The notes under the pieces are model-generated. The model was not told where the DNA came from. It ran no database searches and worked only from the letters and a program-made list of their open reading frames with translations. The position numbers were made by a program, and so were the translations under genes. From a virus (taxonomy: Duplodnaviria > Caudoviricetes), in the IMG/VR virus record IMGVR_UViG_3300020043_005073, positions 1 through 24,526 of that record: a DNA stretch of 24,526 nucleotides; one strand, written 5' to 3'. Of the stretch, positions 8,198-14,671 are shown piece by piece (position 1 is the stretch's first letter; each line of letters starts with the position of its first letter).

Positions 8198-8568
8198 AAA
8201 CCCACCTCAACAATATCTAATACTTTTTTGTAGCCGTCTGTAAGCCACTGGTCTAACTCAGGTTCACCACAACTACTGCCGTTCCAATAAACGCGCGGTG
8301 TGAACACATTTTCTTTAATGTATTCGTCCATATCAGTTATGCCATGAGTTTCAAGCTCGACCTCTACACCAGTTATTAGATGTTTGAATATGAACTTCCA
8401 ACGTCCTTGTTCTTCTGTCTTTGTATCGTACATTCGTATGTTTTTTATGCCGTCATCTTGGATATTCTTGAGCCAGCGTAAAGCGTTTTCTAGTGCTTGT
8501 TCATGGGTATTGGCCCACTTCTCGCTACTCTGCTCACCTATATGACTTCCTGGATTTATTAACAACAT
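8194..8568 (-). CDS. Hypothetical protein
   Basis: 124-aa ORF with AAAGG SD. Confidence 0.75.
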   Translation of the reverse strand: MLLINPGSHIGEQSSEKWANTHEQALENALRWLKNIQDDGIKNIRMYDTKTEEQGRWKFIFKHLITGVEVELETHGITDMDEYIKENVFTPRVYWNGSSCGEPELDQWLTDGYKKVLDIVEVGL

Positions 8569-8596
8569 TTTTGGCCTTTCGTGTTATGTAACAAAA

Positions 8597-8761
8597 CTAA
8601 ACCTCAACTTCAGCAAGTAGTTTCGCTATGTATTTAGCAAGTTGTAGCCTGTGCCTAACTTCGTCTTGCGGTTCACATCCGACCAAACTAGCTAGACGGA
8701 ATAGTTCTTTGTCTTGTGTAAGGTGATATAAATATTCTGCTTCTAAAGTTTCGTTTGTCAT
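8597..8761 (-). CDS. Hypothetical 54-aa protein
   Basis: Manual translation MTNETLEAEY...AEVEV; fills the gap in the operon. Confidence 0.6.
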   Translation of the reverse strand: MTNETLEAEYLYHLTQDKELFRLASLVGCEPQDEVRHRLQLAKYIAKLLAEVEV

Positions 8762-8780
8762 TGTTAGTTACCTAGCCTTT

Positions 8781-9188
8781 CTATTGTCCTGGAATAGAAA
8801 CGTCTTGGCCGATAGAAGGGTCGCAAGCCATCGTTTGTTTTACGGCGGAGAGCATGCCATCAATGACGACTTGTTGTCTCGCGACGGCGGTTTCTAGTTC
8901 ACTTGTCGAGTATGTTTCCGAGAAAGTCACGATAGCGTCACCGATAGCTCCGACGAGGTTGTTGAAGTCAGCCATGTTTTGTGTCGAGCTGACGAGTGCT
9001 TTACGGCATGTGTCGGATAGTTTGTAGACGGTATCGCCTTTGATCTCTTTTGTTTTTGTCTTGTATTCAGTGACAGTTTTTGTTTTTGTTTCAGGTGTTC
9101 CAGCAGATGTGCTTCCTATTGTGATCAATAGAATTGAAGCGATGACCGCGCCTGTGATTGTCCATTTGTTTACTGGTATTGTTTTCAT
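8781..9188 (-). CDS. Exported or membrane-anchored protein with T/K-rich linker and Cys-bracketed helical domain
   Basis: Start moved to ATG 9188 (AAGGA SD); hydrophobic WTITGAVIASILLITIG; TKTKTVTEYKTKTK; two Cys. Confidence 0.7.
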   Translation of the reverse strand: MKTIPVNKWTITGAVIASILLITIGSTSAGTPETKTKTVTEYKTKTKEIKGDTVYKLSDTCRKALVSSTQNMADFNNLVGAIGDAIVTFSETYSTSELETAVARQQVVIDGMLSAVKQTMACDPSIGQDVSIPGQ

Positions 9189-9199
9189 TTTTTGTTTCC

Positions 9200-9274
9200 T
9201 TATCTGATTGTTTGTCCGAGAGTGAAAGCCGACCACAAAACCATTCCAAGTGGGAGACTATAGAAGTATTTCAT
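9200..9274 (-). CDS. 24-aa hydrophobic peptide
   Basis: MKYFYSLPLGMVLWSAFTLGQTIR, TAATG-coupled. Confidence 0.4.
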   Translation of the reverse strand: MKYFYSLPLGMVLWSAFTLGQTIR

Positions 9275-9411
9275 TATGTGCCGTTCGTTGCGATGATGTA
9301 GGTGTATGCGCAGGCTACGAGAGTGAAAATCCAGAAGCTGATGTCGAGCCAATATGTTTTGAAGAATTGGTAGGTGTATAGCATGAAGCGGTTATGGGTC
9401 CAGTCTTTCAT
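9274..9411 (-). CDS. Small membrane protein (45 aa)
   Basis: GGAGG SD, ATGA overlap; hydrophobic ISFWIFTLVACAYTYIIA. Confidence 0.6.
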   Translation of the reverse strand: MKDWTHNRFMLYTYQFFKTYWLDISFWIFTLVACAYTYIIATNGT

Positions 9412-9695
9412 TCGTTGCCTCCGATAAGTTCCGTTATGAACTCGATTAGGTCTTGAGTTGTCCGTTTCTTTTTAGCCCATTCCCTGATTCTGGTTATCTG
9501 TTTTTGTGTTAGCCCACCTGGAGCTTCTTCAGGTTCGAAGTTTGCGGTGGAGATTTCGGTAGGCCATTCTGATAGTGCCCGCCTGATTTTTTCGGTTTCT
9601 AGGTCTTTTTTTAGTTTGTAGTTAGACCTGGCTTCTCTTGATACTTTGGCTAGGAGGAGGTCTAGTTGTTCTTCGTTTAGTTTTGTGTAATCCAC
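9408..9695 (-). CDS. Hypothetical protein
   Basis: 95-aa ORF, GGAGG SD, GTG start, first gene after the promoter at 9717-9754. Confidence 0.75.
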   Translation of the reverse strand: MDYTKLNEEQLDLLLAKVSREARSNYKLKKDLETEKIRRALSEWPTEISTANFEPEEAPGGLTQKQITRIREWAKKKRTTQDLIEFITELIGGNE

Positions 9696-9716
9696 TTTGT
9701 TTCCTCCCTTACATCT

Positions 9717-9754
9717 TTACTATATCATACCCTTGTGGGTGATGTAAAGTATTT
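9717..9754 (-). promoter_or_regulatory. Sigma70-type promoter, copy A (TTTACA-N18-TATAGT, with extended -10 TG) with ACCC-N4-GGGT dyad in the spacer
   Basis: -35 at 9743-9748, -10 at 9719-9724; 32/38 identical to 12127-12164. Confidence 0.75.
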
Positions 9755-10240
9755 CTATTGTTTTATTGGAATAACCTTCTGGCCAGGGCTTCTACGTGCA
9801 TAAAACCATTCATTAACCTTCAACCGCTGATACATGTTGTTCTCTGTAACCCCATAAGCCTTAGCGATATCAGCCAAAGAATAAACCCACTTACCTTCGT
9901 CATCTTGTTCTACCCAAAGCTCATTTAACAGCTGGCTTCTCGCCATACGGAGTTGATCTAGCTCCGCATGATAAGTATGACGTTCGCTCCAATAGATAGC
10001 GCCCATCGTAAACGAATAATTAGGTTCTATATCTATATATGCTTTCGCTACATCGTTAGGGTTAGCTTTCAACTCTGACTGTTTCATAGCCTGTTGGAAC
10101 GCCCATTCGTCGAATCTTTCTACGTCTTTTTTTGCGTTATGAAGCCATTTAGCCCACAGCGCATGGTTACGTTGATAGTTCTTTAACGTAACGTCTAGAC
10201 GTTTCTTGAGGGCTGTCAGCTTTTTAAGTTTGTCATCCAT
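9755..10240 (-). CDS. Putative DNA-binding protein with C-terminal HTH
   Basis: YSLADIAKAYGVTENNMYQRLK helix-turn-helix pattern. Confidence 0.6.
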   Translation of the reverse strand: MDDKLKKLTALKKRLDVTLKNYQRNHALWAKWLHNAKKDVERFDEWAFQQAMKQSELKANPNDVAKAYIDIEPNYSFTMGAIYWSERHTYHAELDQLRMARSQLLNELWVEQDDEGKWVYSLADIAKAYGVTENNMYQRLKVNEWFYARRSPGQKVIPIKQ

Positions 10241-10244
10241 GGCT

Positions 10245-11060
10245 TTAGAACGGTTCGTTATCGTCGAATGGGGCGTCTGAATAGTCGTCTACGTTTGTTG
10301 GAGTATCAACTTGGAGGTCGCCGCCGAGTTGCATTGTTATCGCTTGGATAGAATCGGAAGTTTTACCTGCTGCCCCTCCGAACATTTCAACGATGGTTTT
10401 GATGTCGCTGGTAGAGATTTCGGTGTTAGCCCATTTTTTTGTGTTCGGGTCGAACTTCCCTCGTCTAATGCCTTGTTGCCATAGTTGGCCCCAGATTGCT
10501 TTCGCTTGATCTTTAGGTAGTCCCAGATCATTAGGTAGGAAGTTAAGTTTTGTTAGGGTCTGCTCGTCGATGGCTGTTGCTTTGATAGCTCCTGAGAAGT
10601 GTTCTTGCCTAATCTGAGTAGCAGGGTTAGGCGCTTGAGATGGCTGCGAAGGGGCATAGTTGTTATGGTCTGCATCTTCCCCTGCTCCGATACCTAAAAC
10701 GTTTTCTAGGGCTATCTTGTCTGAATATGAGCCTGTCGCTCCACATGCTTGAGCGAGATTCATAGAATATCGGCCTTGATCATTTTGAGGTGGAACTAAT
10801 AGTTCAGCGAGTCCTGAACCTGAAATGGTATTTTCTCCATCGGTAAGCGTTGCGATTGATTTGATGAAGATTCTTGGTCCAGTGATGAGTTGCTGGTCTA
10901 CCGATATTGCTAGTCCTACTTCAGCGAGTATGGGTTTTGCTATCTCTTGTATCTCTTCCGCACTGCGGGATTTGTAGGCGACCTTCTCGTTGTTTGTTTT
11001 TGGTACGACCATTTTTGATTGTACTGCTACAACTTTTTCGTTGAATGTTGTGTCTGTCAT
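10245..11060 (-). CDS. erf: ERF-family single-strand annealing protein (divergent)
   Basis: VQSKMVVPK...YKSRSAEEIQEIAKPIL...FIKSIATLTDGE...MNLAQACGATGSYSDKIAL..LGI...EDAD follows the ERF pattern; start moved to ATG 11060 (AAGGAG SD). Confidence 0.75.
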   Translation of the reverse strand: MTDTTFNEKVVAVQSKMVVPKTNNEKVAYKSRSAEEIQEIAKPILAEVGLAISVDQQLITGPRIFIKSIATLTDGENTISGSGLAELLVPPQNDQGRYSMNLAQACGATGSYSDKIALENVLGIGAGEDADHNNYAPSQPSQAPNPATQIRQEHFSGAIKATAIDEQTLTKLNFLPNDLGLPKDQAKAIWGQLWQQGIRRGKFDPNTKKWANTEISTSDIKTIVEMFGGAAGKTSDSIQAITMQLGGDLQVDTPTNVDDYSDAPFDDNEPF

Positions 11061-11206
11061 TTTGTTGCTCCTTTTAGTAGTAATAGATGTTTCTCGCACA
11101 TACGAAACCTATGCTCAGGATTAGTACAACCCCTCAGATAGCAATAGTAAGTAGGCACGAAATGTCGGTTATGTAGATATTCTTTCTTATAGATACGGCG
11201 TTTCAC
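11057..11206 (-). CDS. Small C3H zinc-finger protein (49 aa)
   Basis: Manual translation, CYLRGC...MCEKH; GTGA and ATGA overlaps on both sides. Confidence 0.55.
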   Translation of the reverse strand: MKRRIYKKEYLHNRHFVPTYYCYLRGCTNPEHRFRMCEKHLLLLKGATK

Positions 11207-11559
11207 GGTTCCCACCTCGAAGGTTTGTCGCCTGGCGGATAGTAGAGTTTCCAGGTTGCTACCACGTTGCCTTTGGAGTTCAGGTCTGTTTCGCGGGCTT
11301 GTTCTATTAGCCCTTTAGCTTTCAGGCTTGAACAGCGTTTAGCTACGTCGTTTCCTGAGACGGAACTATCTACACCCAACCTTTTTGCTAGAGCCTCGTG
11401 TGATAGCCCTAGAGGGTATTCTTTTGTTAACTCGTCGAGTATTAGCCTGTTGAGTCCTTTCGCGTTCTTGAGGGCTTTAAGGGCCGCTAGAGACGAAGTG
11501 TATGGGTCGGCTAGGTGAACGATTTTGTGTGGTTCGGGCGGGTCAAATAAGTTATTCAT
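11203..11559 (-). CDS. Winged-helix DNA-binding protein
   Basis: DPYTSSLAA...GLSHEALAKRLG...KRCSSLKAKGLIE...W pattern of phage wHTH proteins. Confidence 0.7.
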   Translation of the reverse strand: MNNLFDPPEPHKIVHLADPYTSSLAALKALKNAKGLNRLILDELTKEYPLGLSHEALAKRLGVDSSVSGNDVAKRCSSLKAKGLIEQARETDLNSKGNVVATWKLYYPPGDKPSRWEP

Positions 11560-11705
11560 TTGATCTCTTCAGGTAGCGGGTAGCGAATCTCAATTTCTCG
11601 TTCTAAATGTGATTTTATGAATTGTTCAGGAATACCAACATGTTGAGCGATCATACGCAATAGTTGTCCGTTGTTTTGTTCTAAAGCTACGGTACGGTTA
11701 TCCAT
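11556..11705 (-). CDS. Hypothetical 49-aa protein
   Basis: Manual translation MDNRTVALEQ...; GAGGT SD, overlaps both neighbours. Confidence 0.55.
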   Translation of the reverse strand: MDNRTVALEQNNGQLLRMIAQHVGIPEQFIKSHLEREIEIRYPLPEEIK

Positions 11706-11937
11706 TATCTACCTCGTTTTCTAGAGCCGCAACGATCTTTTCGTTTAGGTCTGATAGTTCCCCACTATCGATAGTTTCTGTATTGAAGCCATCTTCGTCT
11801 TTGGAGTATTCGCGTTCTAAAGAGTTATATTCGTCCTCGTATTCGTCTAAGACCCTGACGATTTGTTCGTTTGTTAGTTCCGAGTCGATGAAGTCTCGGA
11901 TTTCGTCGAATGAGGAGTCGTAGTAGTCGGTTAACAT
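11698..11937 (-). CDS. Highly acidic hypothetical protein
   Basis: 79 aa, strongly D/E-rich; AAGGAGG SD. Confidence 0.7.
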   Translation of the reverse strand: MLTDYYDSSFDEIRDFIDSELTNEQIVRVLDEYEDEYNSLEREYSKDEDGFNTETIDSGELSDLNEKIVAALENEVDNG

Positions 11938-12095
11938 TATCGGCCTCCTTGGTTCATTACGTCTAGGTAGAATTGGTTTAGCTCTTTAGCGTCGTATCGC
12001 ATTTCTATGAGCATGCCTTCGAGGAAGTCTTTTTCTTCTGGCGTTGTAGCGTTTTTGAGTTGGGTTTGTATTGTTTGGATTGGTGGGTATTGCAT
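11937..12095 (-). CDS. Hypothetical 52-aa protein
   Basis: Manual translation MQYPPIQTIQ...; GGAGG SD downstream of promoter copy B. Confidence 0.65.
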   Translation of the reverse strand: MQYPPIQTIQTQLKNATTPEEKDFLEGMLIEMRYDAKELNQFYLDVMNQGGR

Positions 12096-12126
12096 TTGGT
12101 TTCCTCCGTTATCAACTTGATATATA

Positions 12127-12164
12127 TTACTATATCACAACCCTAGGGGTAATGTAAAGTATTT
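12127..12164 (-). promoter_or_regulatory. Sigma70-type promoter, copy B
   Basis: ttactatatcacaaccctaggggtaatgtaaagtattt; same -35 and -10 as copy A; CCCTAGGG palindrome in the spacer. Confidence 0.75.
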
Positions 12165-12178
12165 AGGGGGTATAAACC

Positions 12179-12200
12179 AAAAAAGCCTCTAACCAGGGCT
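12179..12200 (-). terminator. Probable intrinsic terminator after the replication initiator
   Basis: Minus strand AGCCCU-GGUU-AG(A)GGCU followed by a U-run. Confidence 0.55.
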
Positions 12201-12205
12201 CATGC

Positions 12206-13030
12206 TCATAAAATAACGTCGCCTTTATCGTCGAAAGTCCATTCTCTTTCGGGGCTGTCATAATCAACGCCGCCCGTTAGCTTCGAAGGCTGAGCCTTCA
12301 TAGACCGTAGATCAGGCCAACGATTCACTAGAGCCATGGCCGTAAAGGCACTAGAAGGGAATAGCGCTCTATAAGCCTTAGACCTCGATTTAATATCATT
12401 AGGGGTAGCCCCTATATCATGTAATTGCTTGACAGCGTTATTGAGCTGGCCGCGAACATTCTTAGTCATATCCTCAACTGTATATCCAAGCTCAACTACT
12501 AAGGCATCCCATAACTCAGCTCTTTCGTTTTTAGAGTTATCCACAGGTGATTCTTCTGAATCACCAAGAATATTAGTGTTTATATTAGTGTTTATATCTG
12601 GTATAGGTTGGCCATCCTGGCCTTCCGATTGGCCATCCTGGCTAGTTGATTGGCCATTTTGGCTAACGCTTTTACCATTTTGGCCAAGGCTATATTCTGG
12701 CATCGTATACCATTTAGTCTTATCATAAGCAGCCTTATTGAATACCCCCGAAATGATTATGCCATCCGCTTCAAGTTCACCTAGCCACCTGCCAATTGAT
12801 CTAGGTGCCATATAAGGAAACAGATTTGCGAAAGCCCTAGCTGAGTTATAAGTCCAAACATAATCGGCACCCTCATGCTCTTTAACTTTTGGACCTGAAT
12901 CTTCACTATCACGTTCCGAGTTTGCTAGTTCTTTATCTAGCCAGAATCTAAGATTTTGTAAGAGGATTGCTTTTTCAATGCCATACTTTTGGGCATCTTC
13001 AATACTAAATGAATGTGATTTGGTTTCCAT
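12206..13030 (-). CDS. Phage replication initiator / replisome organizer (N-terminal wHTH)
   Basis: HSFSIEDAQKYG..AILL....W...WTYNS...LFPY...L.ADG....FNK..YDKTKWY family pattern; internal iterons. Confidence 0.85.
   Translation of the reverse strand: METKSHSFSIEDAQKYGIEKAILLQNLRFWLDKELANSERDSEDSGPKVKEHEGADYVWTYNSARAFANLFPYMAPRSIGRWLGELEADGIIISGVFNKAAYDKTKWYTMPEYSLGQNGKSVSQNGQSTSQDGQSEGQDGQPIPDINTNINTNILGDSEESPVDNSKNERAELWDALVVELGYTVEDMTKNVRGQLNNAVKQLHDIGATPNDIKSRSKAYRALFPSSAFTAMALVNRWPDLRSMKAQPSKLTGGVDYDSPEREWTFDDKGDVIL
12571..12691. repeat. Putative replication origin: four 21-bp iterons plus AT-rich repeat inside the initiator gene
   Basis: Units start at 12608, 12629, 12650 and 12671, with core GCCA-N3-TGGC (ACCA in the fourth); adjacent tattagtgttta x2 at 12571-12594. 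Confidence 0.8.
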
Positions 13031-13033
13031 GTT

Positions 13034-13159
13034 TTGCTCCTTTGCAGCATAAGACGGTTAGGTCTCAAGCAAGAGTGGAGCAACCGTCTTAGCTGCATAC
13101 TCCACTCTTGCAAGAGGACATTTTCCCTAGCCGAGACGACTAGCGATATAACTATTATA
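13034..13159 (-). ncRNA. Candidate cis-regulatory structured leader of the replication initiator
   Basis: Interleaved inverted repeats 13043-13059/13082-13097 and 13069-13080/13100-13111; anti-SD pair 13034-13040/13077-13083; TATAAT at 13154-13159. Confidence 0.65.
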
Positions 13160-13194
13160 CTCCACCCCGAACCCTAAACGGAGTTTTTAGATCG

Positions 13195-13692
13195 TCATTT
13201 CAAGAACTTTTTGTATGACCCATTAAGGTACGCTGACCAGGCTTTATAGCCCTGTGACTTATAGATTTGGTAGCCACAAGACGTTTGAGCATCCAGGTTC
13301 ATATTCAACTGCTCTCTTATCCGACACCCTTGAGGATGCCCAGGATTGATAGTCCTCACCTGCAAAACGCCTACCGATGGACCCCAAGTTTTGTTGGTGA
13401 TAGTGGTATCTCCTAGAGCTTCTATCCTCCAACCCGATTCTGCGCGACTGATTGCCATCATAAGATTCAACTGATCTTCCTGGAATCCTGCTTTACGCAT
13501 AGACTCACAAATATCATTCCGTTCGATACAGTAAGGCGGAATTGGAGGAGCTGGAACAGCTTGAGCAGGTTGCTCAATTGCAGCCTGGACTTCCGTATAG
13601 GCCGTCGTATATGAGATGCCCTCGCCAGTAAATTGTCCGACCCCTAAGATCACCACAACAGCGAAAGCTACCGACAAAACTAAATGTTTCAT
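13195..13692 (-). CDS. Secreted lysozyme-like lytic transglycosylase
   Basis: N-terminal signal or anchor; AISRAESG (catalytic Glu), SVGVLQV, QIYKSQGYKAWSAY. Confidence 0.85.
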   Translation of the reverse strand: MKHLVLSVAFAVVVILGVGQFTGEGISYTTAYTEVQAAIEQPAQAVPAPPIPPYCIERNDICESMRKAGFQEDQLNLMMAISRAESGWRIEALGDTTITNKTWGPSVGVLQVRTINPGHPQGCRIREQLNMNLDAQTSCGYQIYKSQGYKAWSAYLNGSYKKFLK

Positions 13693-13856
13693 TTCGGATT
13701 CTCCTTCTGAATAATGATCTGTTCGATAGCATCCAGATCACCAAGACCAAAATACAAACCAGCTTTAAGTAGTTTTCGTGCTTTTGAGATAGAGATAGTC
13801 GTTTGCGACGCGACTATCTCAGCACTCATAGTTAGGTTGTATTCGTAAGCGTCCAT
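13689..13856 (-). CDS. Hypothetical 55-aa protein
   Basis: Start moved to ATG 13856, just after the stop of 13859..14095; ATGA overlap downstream. Confidence 0.6.
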   Translation of the reverse strand: MDAYEYNLTMSAEIVASQTTISISKARKLLKAGLYFGLGDLDAIEQIIIQKENPK

Positions 13857-13858
13857 AG

Positions 13859-14095
13859 CTAACCCCCGAAAGTTCCTGCGAAGCCACTCTTGAATGACTC
13901 CCACGATTGAGGGTCCACATAGAACAGTAAAGACATCGCCCCGATAGTGAACAGGCAAGCCCCTATCCATGCGTTTGATGTGAGTGGAATCCATGCACAC
14001 CCTGGATGTGCTTTCCGGTAGTGGCGTTTATATCGGCTGTGTTTTGCAAACAAAGGCAAAGACAAGCTGAAGGTAGTCAAGGATAGAAGAATCAT
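13859..14095 (-). CDS. Small membrane protein
   Basis: ATGA overlap with the upstream gene; two hydrophobic segments flanking a basic loop. Confidence 0.6.
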   Translation of the reverse strand: MILLSLTTFSLSLPLFAKHSRYKRHYRKAHPGCAWIPLTSNAWIGACLFTIGAMSLLFYVDPQSWESFKSGFAGTFGG

Positions 14096-14436
14096 TTCGC
14101 AGCCTCTACTTTCACTGTCACCTGATCTTGAGTGGCTTTACATTCAAGCGAAGCATTCTTTACAGCTTTCAAATCCGGAGCAGGTGCATCTATGCCATCA
14201 ATCGCAGAGGCGAGTTGAGTAGCAAAAGTTTTTGCTGCTTCCTTCGTAGCTTGATTAGCTTGGAGGCATTGAGCATTAGCAGGTAGTTTTGGTTTTGGTT
14301 GCTGGTAGTTATGTCCAGCCCAAAAGATTATCCCCACAAAAATAAATAGCCCAAGAGCTTTCGCTGGGAAATGCCAGCTTCTGTCTTTCCCTAATGGCAC
14401 ATCAATACCTAAAGGTTCACTATATTTTTGTTTCAT
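14092..14436 (-). CDS. Membrane-anchored protein with Cys-bracketed helical domain
   Basis: TM ALGLFIFVGIIFWAG; Ala-rich domain between two Cys; first gene of the leftward unit. Confidence 0.75.
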   Translation of the reverse strand: MKQKYSEPLGIDVPLGKDRSWHFPAKALGLFIFVGIIFWAGHNYQQPKPKLPANAQCLQANQATKEAAKTFATQLASAIDGIDAPAPDLKAVKNASLECKATQDQVTVKVEAAK

Positions 14437-14529
14437 TTTTTTGTCCCTTTTCTATAAAAGAGACTTCCATGTCTATGGCCTTAAATCCTTATGCCTTACC
14501 ATCGGGAGATTGGCCTTAGATCTTTAGCG

Positions 14530-14560
14530 AAAAAAATATAAGCCCCTGACCTGGGGTTAT
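14530..14560 (-). terminator. Intrinsic terminator-like hairpin
   Basis: Minus strand AUAACCCC-AGGUCA-GGGG(C)UUAU then AU7. Confidence 0.55.
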
Positions 14561-14610
14561 GCGAACGATCAAGCAAATGGACACCCAAATATGGTAGACC
14601 TTTACCACAC

Positions 14611-14643
14611 AAAAAAAAGCCAGACCCTAGACCAGTCTGGCTT
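14611..14643 (-). terminator. Intrinsic terminator
   Basis: Stem aagccagac (14617-14625)/gtctggctt (14635-14643) with a U8 run on the minus strand. Confidence 0.75.
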
Positions 14644-14671
14644 CATATAGTTAAGTTTGGAGACGTAACTT

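Noticed and set aside
4078-8608. Integron attC sites as the explanation for the gene-end motif
   Set aside because: No RYYYAAC...GTTRRRY palindromic hairpins, the motif lies inside coding ends, and no integrase is seen.
12608-12691. Possible CRISPR array
   Set aside because: 21-bp period with no 30-40-nt unique spacers, in frame within a gene; fits iterons.
2045-12728. Plus-strand ORFs such as 2785..3300, 6500..6817, 11267..11518 and 12429..12728, and nested minus ORFs 6585..6833 and 10337..10531
   Set aside because: They overlap well-supported, translationally coupled minus-strand genes.
13689-14000. 103-aa ORF as given in the track
   Set aside because: Its 5' half overlaps the coupled membrane gene 13859..14095; the start at 13856 fits better.
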